17,792 nucleotides of DNA from Gemmatimonadota bacterium (GCA_039589315.1 JBDHHQ010000108.1:1-17792), one strand, 5' to 3'. Numbered from the stretch's first letter, positions 8,191 through 16,713 are shown. Notes: generated from the letters alone by a model not told the origin. Program-made: numbers and translations.

Positions 8191-9533
8191 CAGCCGAAGA
8201 GCTTCTCGATGTCCGGGATGGCGTGTGGCAACGCGAAGACGATGACGTCGTCTCCGGCGATCACGCGGTCGTTCCCTCGGGGGATGATGATCTTCGAGCC
8301 TCGGATTATGGTGCCGATGACGCCATCCTTGGGGAAGCTCAGCTCCTTGAGGGGCGTTCCGACGATCTTGGCCGCGGTGTCGACTTTGAACTCGATGGCC
8401 TCGGCGTCGATCCCCTTGAGCGTAGCCACCGTCAGCACGCGTCCACGCCGCACGTAGCGGAGGATGGCGTTCACGGTGGACATCCGCGGAGACACGGCGG
8501 CGTCCACGCCGATCTTCTGAACCAGGGGCAGGTAGTCGAACTTCTCCACCAGGCTCATGACCTTGGTCGCACCCGCCCTCTTGGCCAGAAGCGCCGAGAG
8601 CAGGTTGATCTCGTCATGGCCGGTCATGGCGATGAAGCCATCGACGCCGGACACACCCTCCATCTCGAGCAGCTCCAGGTCGGTGGCGTCTGCGTGGAGA
8701 ACCAGCGACCGGGGCAACGCCTCTGCCAGCTCCACACAGCGGCGTCGGTCCCGGTCCAGAATCGTGGTCTGGATGTTCCGTTGCTCCAGGAGCTGGGCCA
8801 GCAACAGGCCTTCGTCGCTCCCTCCCGCGATCATGACGCGCTTGACCGAGTGGCCCTCGTAGCCGGCAAGGTACGGAATCCGAGCGATCTCCTCCGTGGG
8901 AGACAGGATGTAGAGCTGGTCTCCAGCCTCCACGACAGACGATCCTACGGGGATCGAGGTGACACCGTCGCGGACGATGGCCACGGTGACGTAGTGGTAG
9001 TCCCCGAGCGCCTTGTCCAACTCGGCCAGGGTCTTGCCCGACAGGGGAGCCCCCTCCTTGACGAATAGACCGAGAAGCTGGACGCGCCCGTTGGCGAAGG
9101 CCGCCAGATCCGTCGCCGCCGTGCTCTGTAGAAGACGTAGCGCTTCCCAGGCGCACTCTCGCTCCGGGTTGATCATCAGATCGATCCCCAGGCGATCCTT
9201 GGAGAGGACGCTGCCCCGGTCGTAGTACTCCGGATTGCTCGTCCGCGTGACGGTGTAGTGGACCCCCATACGTGACGCAGCCAGGGACGAGATGAGGTTC
9301 ACCTCGTCGCTGGAGGTCACCGCCATGAGGATCCGGGCGTTGCGCACGCCGGCCCGCTCGAGGACCGTCACGGAGGCACCGTTCCCGACGACCGTCATCA
9401 CGTCGAGTTGCTCCGACGTGTACTCGGCCCGGTCCGAGTCCGACTCGATGACCACGACGTCCTGATTCTCTTCGGAGAGCCGCGCGGCCAGGTGAAATCC
9501 CACCTCGCCTGCGCCGACGATGAGGACCCGCAC
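8190..9533 (-). CDS. trkA: Trk system potassium uptake regulatory protein TrkA (two RCK domains)
   Basis: MRVLIVGAGEVG (GxGxxG), AVTSSDEVNL, LGIDLMINPE, second RCK VMIAGGS...DATDLELLEMEG and IIPRGND.VIAGDDVIVF. 447 aa. Confidence 0.97.
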   Translation of the reverse strand: MRVLIVGAGEVGFHLAARLSEENQDVVVIESDSDRAEYTSEQLDVMTVVGNGASVTVLERAGVRNARILMAVTSSDEVNLISSLAASRMGVHYTVTRTSNPEYYDRGSVLSKDRLGIDLMINPERECAWEALRLLQSTAATDLAAFANGRVQLLGLFVKEGAPLSGKTLAELDKALGDYHYVTVAIVRDGVTSIPVGSSVVEAGDQLYILSPTEEIARIPYLAGYEGHSVKRVMIAGGSDEGLLLAQLLEQRNIQTTILDRDRRRCVELAEALPRSLVLHADATDLELLEMEGVSGVDGFIAMTGHDEINLLSALLAKRAGATKVMSLVEKFDYLPLVQKIGVDAAVSPRMSTVNAILRYVRRGRVLTVATLKGIDAEAIEFKVDTAAKIVGTPLKELSFPKDGVIGTIIRGSKIIIPRGNDRVIAGDDVIVFALPHAIPDIEKLFG

Positions 9534-9567
9534 AAACGCTCCCGTTCCGGTTCGCTTCAGGTGAGGC

Positions 9568-9589
9568 CTGCAAAGCTAAACCCTTGCAG
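9568..9589 (-). promoter_or_regulatory. Candidate trkA -10 element (TAGCTT) inside an inverted repeat
   Basis: On the - strand, TAGCTT at 9578-9573 lies 40 nt upstream of the GTG, within CTGCAA-N10-TTGCAG. There is no convincing -35. Confidence 0.4.
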
Positions 9590-9856
9590 CGGAATTTCCT
9601 AGCGCGTTTCACGGGTGTGCTGGCGGTCCCCCTTCGGGTGCCGGGTGCGCGAAGTCTCCCACCTCCGGCGCCGCTGGTGCCGGACGTGCTCCGTGGGACC
9701 CCCGGGGGGGTGCCGTCGCCGTGCGGGAGCGTCGTCAGGGCCCGATGGCGCCGCCGACCACCATGGCGGTTGGGCCCTGTCCGGGGTGTGGATCATGCGG
9801 CCTCGCGGAGTGGAACCTCTGTCCGTCAGACGGGAATAGAAAGAAGTACCCTCGAA

Positions 9857-9930
9857 CGTCGCTCCGACACCGCCCCCGACGGGGCGACGCGCGTCTCCAG
9901 GGCCTTCGGGCCAAACCACGGAGGTAGCGC
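9857..9930 (+). promoter_or_regulatory. Putative structured 5' leader of the eRF1-like gene with a sequestered Shine-Dalgarno
   Basis: Stem 9857-9866 / 9880-9889, a GGCC-UUCG-GGCC hairpin at 9901-9912, and UCUCC (9894-9898) complementary to the GGAGG Shine-Dalgarno (9920-9924). Confidence 0.4.
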
Positions 9931-11037
9931 ATGATGACCCACGACAAGCTCGTCGAATTCTACCGCAAGCTCCGGGACGACAAGGTGCTCAGCATCTACC
10001 TGGACGCGCAGGCCAGCGACCCGGCCCAGCGCAACGTCTGGCGTCGGCGCTTGGATCAACAGGTCGACCGCGTGGAAAAGCGGCTCGGCGAGGTGGCCGC
10101 TGACGAGAAGGCCGCGTTCCATGATGCTCTCGCACTTCTGAGGAAAGAGCTGGGCCGCTTCGATGGATTCGTGACCGGAAAGGGCTGGGTCGGCTTCGCG
10201 ACCCCGGCCGAGGTGCTCTACTCGGAGAGCGTACCCGTACCGATGCCGGATCTGGTGGCCTGGGAACACGGACTCCGAGTCGCACCGTACGTACGTGGGC
10301 TCAAGCAGGGTAGGGCAGTCGTCATCGTGCTGGCGGACCGCAGGCACGCGCGCGTCTTCGAGTACCGCCGGGGTGAGGTGTCAGAGTTGCCCGGGGTGCT
10401 GGCAGACAAGGACGTGGGCGACCTGAGCGACATGGGCGTCGCCAAGCGAGGCGCCACTCATACGGGCGTTCGCGGGCAGACCGGCACCGACGCAGCCCAG
10501 CGCTTCCTGGCGGCCGGCTCGGAGCGGATGCTGAAGGGCCTGGCCGAGAACCTGGTCGAGCATGTGAACGGGCATGGCCTGCTGATCCTGGGCGGGCCCC
10601 AGGAGACCGTGGCGGCCATCCTCCAGATGATTCCCCCGTGGATGGCGGAGCGGACCCTCGAGTACCCCTCACTTCACGTGGACATGACCCTCGCCGAGGT
10701 CAAGGACGCCGCCGAGGAATGCGCGTCGGTCCTGACCAACCAGCTTCAGGAGGGTATGGTCACTCAGGTTCTGGACATGGCCCACTCGGGCGGGCGAGGC
10801 TGCCTCGGGGCCGAAGCCACCGAAAGGGCACTCCTGGAGGGACGGGTGGACACGTTGCTCCTGTCGCGGACCTACATCCGTGAAAACCCGGACCATGCCG
10901 ACCACTGCGTGGGGACGGCCTTCAACCAGGGCGCGAACGTGGAGGAGCTGTCCGGGGCGGCGGCTGACAAGCTGAACGCCGAGGGGGCGGGCATCGGCGC
11001 CCGTCTCCGGTTCGTGCTGAAGGAAGAAGAGGACTAG
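9931..11037 (+). CDS. Bacterial homologue of archaeo-eukaryotic release factor 1 / Pelota superfamily (baeRF, Balon-like)
   Basis: Three-domain aeRF1-like layout: N-terminal VLSIYLD, middle VIVLADRRHARVF followed by the Gly-rich loop HTGVRGQTG, and an L7Ae-like C-domain ATERALLEGRVDTLLLS...GAGIGARLRF. Strong GGAGGT Shine-Dalgarno. 368 aa. Confidence 0.8.
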   Translation: MMTHDKLVEFYRKLRDDKVLSIYLDAQASDPAQRNVWRRRLDQQVDRVEKRLGEVAADEKAAFHDALALLRKELGRFDGFVTGKGWVGFATPAEVLYSESVPVPMPDLVAWEHGLRVAPYVRGLKQGRAVVIVLADRRHARVFEYRRGEVSELPGVLADKDVGDLSDMGVAKRGATHTGVRGQTGTDAAQRFLAAGSERMLKGLAENLVEHVNGHGLLILGGPQETVAAILQMIPPWMAERTLEYPSLHVDMTLAEVKDAAEECASVLTNQLQEGMVTQVLDMAHSGGRGCLGAEATERALLEGRVDTLLLSRTYIRENPDHADHCVGTAFNQGANVEELSGAAADKLNAEGAGIGARLRFVLKEEED

Positions 11038-11140
11038 CGGATCGGCCGATCCGGGCCGGCTCGAGTCACTGAAAGAGGTGCAGCGCCGCCGGTGAGGATT
11101 CATCGGCGCCAGGACAAGCCGGGCTCTCGAGGGGCGGAGC

Positions 11141-11923
11141 TCAGATCTCCTCGAGGGCTCCGAGCTCGAGCCATCCGACCTTGCCGTCATCCAGCACGAT
11201 CTCGACCCAGTCTCCCGACTGACGGTCGATGCGCACGGTGGTCCCCTCGTGCACCGTGAAGACCTGGAGTGACGGATCGTCCGAGGGCGCGCTCTGCACG
11301 TCCGCCGCCTCGTCCAGGACCACCGCTCGCCGCGCCTCCCCGATCCCCAGCTCGACGGCGAGGAGGTTCACGCCGAAGACGGCGGCGACCAGGCCCATGG
11401 CTCCAGCCATGCGACCCGCCCATGTACCGGCTGACGAGCCCCGCCAGAGAACCCACAGCGTCAGTCCCACCATGGCCGAGACATAGGTCAAGCCGACCAG
11501 CCAGGTCAGCACCCGTGGGGGCAACAGGTGGATCCACCACCGGATCGCTCGAATCGGCAGGAACCCGGGAAGAGGGTTGACCTCGTCCACCGTGAGGGTG
11601 CGTGCCAAGTCCAGGTTGGCCTGCAGGTCGTCGTCTCCCGGCATGAGACGGCGGGCTCGCTCGTAGTACAGGATGGCCGAGCCCAACTCTCCCAGCTTGA
11701 AGTAGCTGTTCCCGATGTTGTAATAGAGAGCGCCGCTCTCGAATCCCGCTTCCTCGATGCGCAGGTAGCTCTCCAGGGCGCCGGCGAAGTCTCCCTCACG
11801 GTATAGTCGGTTGCCCTCGACGAAGAAGTCTTCCTGGCCCACCAGCGGCGTCGCCGGCGTCACGGCCGACACGAACAGGGCGACGGCCACGCCGCATGCC
11901 CATCCGCTGCGGGCGGGGCTCAT
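11141..11923 (-). CDS. batE: BatE-like TPR + SH3 domain protein
   Basis: Signal peptide, TPRs (GNRLYREGDFAGA, LYYNIGNSYFKLGELGSAILYYERARRL.P), two TM helices and a C-terminal SH3b (FTVHEGTTVRI...WVEIVLDDGKVGW). Last gene of the Bat operon. Confidence 0.88.
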   Translation of the reverse strand: MSPARSGWACGVAVALFVSAVTPATPLVGQEDFFVEGNRLYREGDFAGALESYLRIEEAGFESGALYYNIGNSYFKLGELGSAILYYERARRLMPGDDDLQANLDLARTLTVDEVNPLPGFLPIRAIRWWIHLLPPRVLTWLVGLTYVSAMVGLTLWVLWRGSSAGTWAGRMAGAMGLVAAVFGVNLLAVELGIGEARRAVVLDEAADVQSAPSDDPSLQVFTVHEGTTVRIDRQSGDWVEIVLDDGKVGWLELGALEEI

Positions 11924-13851
11924 CGCCCTGCCTCCCGGTCGAGCCGTCCCATGGCGTCACCGGCTCGGGCCAGGAAGGCCTCGCGTTCGGCCGTGGCCGT
12001 CTCGGCCGGGGCGAACCGCTGCCGTTCACACTCGTCCAGGCACGCCAGATACGCGTCCAGCGTCTCGGGCGAGACACCGCGCTCGGTCAGCCGCTGGCGG
12101 ACGTCCTCCTTCATGAGCCCCGCCTCGGGCAGGTTGAGCTTGTCGCCCAGGAAACCCTGGAGAGCCCGGTCCACCTCGGCGTAGAACGCACGGCCGTCGC
12201 CGTGGAGCAGGCTCCGGGCGCCCGCCAGGCGCTTGCGCGCCGTACGGTTCGCTCTCCGGCTCCGCGCCCACGCCACGTCACCCGTGAGCCGGTCCTGATG
12301 GCGCCGGACGCCGACGGCACCGCCGAGTGCCAGGGCCGGAGCCAGAAGCAGGAGCCAGAAGCCGGCGCTCCCCACCAGGGATCCGCTCGAGCGAGTGAAC
12401 CGAGGGATCTCGATGGAGATGAAGCGGATGTCCTCTCTCAGCGGTTCGATGCTGCCGCGCCCAGGCCGCACGATCAAGGCGCCTTCCACCGGGTCACCAG
12501 TGACGTCGAGTGCGAGAGGGTCCGTCGTGGCCGTGGCGTAGACGCCGCGGCGCGGATCGAAGTAGTCCAGCGATACCGCGGGAATCGAGTGACTTCCGGG
12601 CGAGCGGGGGATCAACACGTACTGGTAGGTCTTGGTGCCCCTGATCCGGCTGCCCGTCCGATCGATTCGCTCGCTGACCTCGGGCGGGTACACCTCGAAG
12701 TCCGACGGGAACGGGATCTCGGGCTGCGGAAGGGTCTGGATGTTGCCCTCCGCCTGCAGACGCAGGGTCATCGAGACCGCATCGTTCGTCTCCACCTGCC
12801 CTCGGTCCAGCAGCAGCGACATGTCCACGTTGCCCACGAACCCGCTGAAGTCTCGCGGCTGGCCCTCGGGAAGCGGGTCGACCTGGATCTCCACCGGCTC
12901 CGACGCCACGAGCACGGGCTCCAGGCGGCCCAGGAGAGACCGGTTGAAGAAGTCGTCCAGGATGTCGTTGGAGCGGCGGCGCACCCGGATCTGCGCTTCG
13001 ATCCCCAGCGGCTCCACCGTCCGCGTGCCGGGTCCGGTGGGGAACAGAGCCACCTTTCGGATCACGGCCGTGGCGAATGGCACGCCGTCACGCTCGATCT
13101 GCTCGACCTCGGGGCTCGCGATGGGGAACTCCTCGACCCAGAAGCCCGTGTTGGCCGGAAGCTCGGTGGCGCTGTACTGGCTGACGTTGACTCGCGTCCA
13201 GATGCGGTACTCCACGATCACGGGCTCGCCCACGAACACGCGGCGGTCGCTGACGTCGGCCGTGATGAAGATGTCGTCGGCTCCGATCGCCGGTTCCTGG
13301 GCCTGGGGCGGCGGTTGCGGACGGCTCTGCGTTACCGGTGGGCTGGATCCCCGGGCCGGACCGCTTCCGATCGTGAGTTGCACGGGGTCGGTGGTCAGGG
13401 TCTGACCGCCCACCTGCACCTGGATCGGACCGATCTCGAACGACCCCTCCCGGTTCGGCTGGAAGCGATAGACCCAGATGACCGAAACCCTTGTCTCGCC
13501 GTTGACCATGCGGACGGTGGACGTGCGCCCGGTGCTCATCAGGTCGGCGAAGTCGTCCAGATCGGGCAGGATGGGCTCACCGTCGGCGGACTGTGCCCCC
13601 GTGACCTCGACGTTGAGATCGAACGGTCGGTCGGGGGGCACGGGGTTGCCGGACAGATAGGAGCGGACGGAAAGGTCCTGGGCCGCGCCCGGAGAGGCCC
13701 AGATCAGAGGGAGGAGCAGGGCCGTCAACAGCGGTAGGGTCGCGGCGCGGCCGGCAGCGCGGAGAGCCGAGATTCCCGACGGGGCCCGGGTCCACCGCGA
13801 GGGACGGCCGGGGGGTGCTCGCCGGGGTCGGAGGCGCGGGCCGACTACCAC
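11920..13851 (-). CDS. batD: BatD-like oxygen-tolerance family protein
   Basis: Signal peptide (...PGAA-Q), repeated beta-sandwich BatD segments (VFVGEPVIVEY, GFWVEE, ALFP..PG, FSGFVG, FEVYPP, YVLIPR..G..SIP...YFDP), one TM helix and a C-terminal helical domain ending RFAP. Confidence 0.88.
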   Translation of the reverse strand: MVVGPRLRPRRAPPGRPSRWTRAPSGISALRAAGRAATLPLLTALLLPLIWASPGAAQDLSVRSYLSGNPVPPDRPFDLNVEVTGAQSADGEPILPDLDDFADLMSTGRTSTVRMVNGETRVSVIWVYRFQPNREGSFEIGPIQVQVGGQTLTTDPVQLTIGSGPARGSSPPVTQSRPQPPPQAQEPAIGADDIFITADVSDRRVFVGEPVIVEYRIWTRVNVSQYSATELPANTGFWVEEFPIASPEVEQIERDGVPFATAVIRKVALFPTGPGTRTVEPLGIEAQIRVRRRSNDILDDFFNRSLLGRLEPVLVASEPVEIQVDPLPEGQPRDFSGFVGNVDMSLLLDRGQVETNDAVSMTLRLQAEGNIQTLPQPEIPFPSDFEVYPPEVSERIDRTGSRIRGTKTYQYVLIPRSPGSHSIPAVSLDYFDPRRGVYATATTDPLALDVTGDPVEGALIVRPGRGSIEPLREDIRFISIEIPRFTRSSGSLVGSAGFWLLLLAPALALGGAVGVRRHQDRLTGDVAWARSRRANRTARKRLAGARSLLHGDGRAFYAEVDRALQGFLGDKLNLPEAGLMKEDVRQRLTERGVSPETLDAYLACLDECERQRFAPAETATAEREAFLARAGDAMGRLDREAGR

Positions 13852-15656
13852 TTCTTGCGGGGCCTCCGTCCGGTGGCGGAGATGGCCTTTTGGCGACCGG
13901 CCTGCTCAGGATCCTCCTCGATGGCCCGGAGGAGCTGCTCGGCCTCCTGGCGGGTCATCTGACCGGGTGGGGGAGGCGCTTGCTGGGGTGGCGGCCGGTC
14001 CCCCTGATCACCCTGATCGTCCTGTTCCTGGTCGCCCGGGTCCTGCTCCTGCTCCTGGTCGCCCGGGTCGTCCTGCTGGTCTGCTTGCTCGTCTTGCTGA
14101 TCCTGCTCCTGATCGCCCTGTCCGTTCTGGTCCTGATTCTGTTGCTGGTCCTGGTTCGGGTCCTGCTCCTGGTCCCCGCCCTGTTGCTGATTCTGCTGTT
14201 GCTGCTCCATCTGCTCGAGGGCGAGCTCGAGGTTGTGCTTCGCGTCTACGTCGCCGGGGTCGGTGCGCAGCGCTTGCTTGTAGGCCTCGATCGCCTCGGC
14301 CAGCTGCTCCTGACGGAAGAAGGCGTTGCCGACGTTGTACCACGCCTGCGCTTCCAGGACCGGGTCTCCGGCCTCGATGGCCTCATGGTAGGCTTCGACG
14401 GCACGCTGGAACTCCTCGGTCTGATAGAGGGCGTTGCCGTCGTTGAAGCGGACCACGGGCGAGCCGGGCGCCGCGCGCAGAGCCTCCAGGTACTTCTCGT
14501 GGGCGTCCTCGAATCGTCCTTCCTGGTAGAGCTGATTCCCTTCGCGCACTTCTGCCCGCCCGGCCTGGGCCGATGCCGGTGAGGGCAACAGCACCGACAG
14601 GCCCAGAAGGACAGAGGGAAGAACGCCGAACCGGCCGGTCCACTCTGCGGCCACGCGTCTCCGTTCAGGGATCAGCATCTCCACGAGAAGCAGGATCAGC
14701 CCCAACCCCAGGAACAGCTGGAACTGCTCCTCGAACTGCGTGACCTGCTGTGCTTCGATCTCCCTCCCTGCCATGCCCGTCAGCTCCTCGGCCAGCGCCA
14801 TCAGCTCCGCTCCGCCGGGCGTGACCCGGATGTAGCGTCCTCCGGTGGCCTCGGCCAAGCGCTGAAGGGGCTCCTCCTCGAGTCGTGTCGTGACCACCGC
14901 GCCGTCGTCATCCCGCAGGAAGCCCCTGCGCCGGCCCTGGTCGTCCAGGTCGGGGATGGGCACCCCATCGCCCGAGCCGAACCCCACCGTGAAGATGCGT
15001 ACACCGGCGGCCACGGCGCGCTCCAGATTGGCGTCGACCTCACCCTCGTGGTCCTCGCCGTCGGTGAACAACAGCAGGATCCGGTGCTCCCGGTTCTCGT
15101 CCTCGTCGAAGCTGTCCAACGAGACCGCGAGCGCCTGACCCAGATTGGTCCCCTGGACCGGGACCAGGTCGGGGTCCATGGCATTCAGAAAGAGCCGCGC
15201 CGCGCCGTAGTCCACGGTGAGCGGGCTCTGTACGAACGCCTGGCCGGCGAAGGCGACGAGACCGATGCGGTCGCCTTCGAGGCGCTCGATCAGGCGCGTC
15301 ACGGCGAGCTTCGCCCGTTCCAGCCGGTTCGGGGCGATGTCTTCGGCCAGCATGGAGACGGAAAGGTCGAGGGCCACGACCAGGTCCTGGCCCTCGCGTC
15401 GCACGGTATCGACCCGGGTGCCGAACTGGGGTCGAGCCAGCGCGACCACGAGAGCGGCCACCGCCACCAGGAGAAGCACGGCCCGGGCGCCTCGCCCCCT
15501 TCGGTTCACGGTCTGGCTGAGGCGGTCCATGAGCGGCGTGTCCCCGAAGCGGGCCAGGGCCCGGCGGCGGGCACGCATGGCGTACCAGTAGGCTCCGGTC
15601 AACAGGGGAACCGCCAGAAGCCCCCAGAGGGCCGTTTCGAAACCGAAGCGGAACAC
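13845..15656 (-). CDS. Fused BatB (VWA) - BatC (TPR, Gln/Asp-rich) protein
   Basis: N-terminal TMs with ALARPQFG, MIDAS DLSVSM, PNRLERAK, DRIGLVAFAG, SPLTVD and TDGEDH. These are followed by TMs, TPRs (WYNVGNAFF, DAKHNLELA), a Q/D-rich linker and the BatC-type end MTRQEAEQLLRAIEED...KKW. Confidence 0.88.
   Translation of the reverse strand: MFRFGFETALWGLLAVPLLTGAYWYAMRARRRALARFGDTPLMDRLSQTVNRRGRGARAVLLLVAVAALVVALARPQFGTRVDTVRREGQDLVVALDLSVSMLAEDIAPNRLERAKLAVTRLIERLEGDRIGLVAFAGQAFVQSPLTVDYGAARLFLNAMDPDLVPVQGTNLGQALAVSLDSFDEDENREHRILLLFTDGEDHEGEVDANLERAVAAGVRIFTVGFGSGDGVPIPDLDDQGRRRGFLRDDDGAVVTTRLEEEPLQRLAEATGGRYIRVTPGGAELMALAEELTGMAGREIEAQQVTQFEEQFQLFLGLGLILLLVEMLIPERRRVAAEWTGRFGVLPSVLLGLSVLLPSPASAQAGRAEVREGNQLYQEGRFEDAHEKYLEALRAAPGSPVVRFNDGNALYQTEEFQRAVEAYHEAIEAGDPVLEAQAWYNVGNAFFRQEQLAEAIEAYKQALRTDPGDVDAKHNLELALEQMEQQQQNQQQGGDQEQDPNQDQQQNQDQNGQGDQEQDQQDEQADQQDDPGDQEQEQDPGDQEQDDQGDQGDRPPPQQAPPPPGQMTRQEAEQLLRAIEEDPEQAGRQKAISATGRRPRKKW
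13995..14210. repeat. Low-complexity Gln/Asp/Glu-coding tract with short tandem duplications
   Basis: Encodes QQQQNQQQGGDQEQDPNQDQQQ...DPGDQEQEQDPGDQEQDDQGDQGD, with a duplicated CCTGGTCGCCCGGGTC unit at 27-bp spacing. Confidence 0.75.
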
Positions 15657-15720
15657 GGCTACGCCCCTCCCTTCGCCGCCGGCGACCGCCGTGGGCCGGT
15701 GACGTGCACGCCCGCGGCCC

Positions 15721-16713
15721 TCACGGGATCTTCCTCAGGAGCGTCTGACCGAGGAGGAGCTCGAGCAGCAGCAGGCCCAGGCCCAGCAGCAGGGGCACGT
15801 GGAAGAGCTCTCCGAACCTGGTGAAGTGCTCCACCTCGATCTCGGTGGTCTCGAGCTCGTCGATCTCGCGCCACACCTGCTCAAGGCTCTCCCGGTCCGT
15901 GGCCCGGAAGTAGCGACCGTTGGTGAGTGCGGCCACTTCCTGCAGCGCGCCCTCGTCGATGTCGACCCGCATGTTCACGTAGCGGCGACCGAGCAGCGGG
16001 TCCCGCACCGGCACCCGGGCGGTACCCCGCGTGCCCGCCCCGATGGAGTAGACCTTCACACCGAGGGCCTGGGCCATCTGGGCGGCGGTGACCGGGTCGA
16101 TCTCGCCCCGGTTGTTGCGGCCGTCCGTGAGGAGCACCACGACGCGTGACTCGGCGTCGCTGTGTTGGAGTCGCTTGACCGCCGTGGCCAGGCCCATGCC
16201 GATGGCCGTCCCGTCCTCGATGGTGCCTGCCTCGAGCTGGCGGAGGAGGTCGAGGATGACGGCGTGATCCAGGGTCAGGGGAGCCTGGGTGAACGCTTCC
16301 CCGGCGAAGACGACCAGGCCGATCCGGTCGTCCTGTCGGTTCTCCACGAAGTCCGCTGCCACCTGCAGCGCGGCTTCCACCCGGTTGGGCTCCAGGTCCT
16401 CGGCCAACATGCTGGTCGAGAGGTCCAGCGCCAGGACGATGTCCACCCCCTCCGTGCTCACCGTCTCGCCGGTCACGCCGGACTGGGGACGGGCAAAGGC
16501 CACGAAGAGGGCGGCCAGCGCGAGCAGGCGCATCGCGAAAAGCGCATGGCGCCTCCGGCCGGTTCGCCGGCTGTCCGCGCTCTTCAGTGCACCCACCGAC
16601 GAGAAGCGGAGCGCTCCACCCCGCGCGGCTCTGCGGCGCACGTACCACCACACGAGGGGGGGCAGGCACAGGAGAAGCAGCAGGAAGGCCGGGTCCTCGA
16701 AACGGTAGATCAC
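15721..16713 (-). CDS. batA: BatA-like VWA domain membrane protein
   Basis: F.DP.FLLLL N-terminus, AFARPQ, GVDIVLALDLSTSMLAED..PNR (MIDAS), DRIGLVVFAGEAFTQAPLTLD, DGTAIGMGLATAVKRL, LLTDGRNNRGEIDP and GRYFRATD. Confidence 0.92.
   Translation of the reverse strand: MIYRFEDPAFLLLLLCLPPLVWWYVRRRAARGGALRFSSVGALKSADSRRTGRRRHALFAMRLLALAALFVAFARPQSGVTGETVSTEGVDIVLALDLSTSMLAEDLEPNRVEAALQVAADFVENRQDDRIGLVVFAGEAFTQAPLTLDHAVILDLLRQLEAGTIEDGTAIGMGLATAVKRLQHSDAESRVVVLLTDGRNNRGEIDPVTAAQMAQALGVKVYSIGAGTRGTARVPVRDPLLGRRYVNMRVDIDEGALQEVAALTNGRYFRATDRESLEQVWREIDELETTEIEVEHFTRFGELFHVPLLLGLGLLLLELLLGQTLLRKIP

Noticed and set aside
9901..9914. GGCCTTCGGGCCAA matches the 5' hairpin of a laboratory RNA structure-probing cassette
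   Set aside because: There is no matching 3' cassette, T7 promoter or vector sequence nearby. A natural UUCG hairpin explains it.
9534..9930. c-di-AMP (ydaO) or other known riboswitch upstream of trkA
   Set aside because: I could not find the conserved motifs on the - strand, and the candidate promoter lies only about 40 nt from the start codon.
9584..9947. Short ORFs in the trkA / eRF1-like spacer
   Set aside because: They give R/P/G-rich translations with no Shine-Dalgarno, codon bias or motif, so they are not supportable as genes.
11060..11125. Hammerhead ribozyme suggested by CTGAAAGAG and nearby stems
   Set aside because: The core does not match CUGANGA, and no correctly placed GAAA and cleavage triplet are present.
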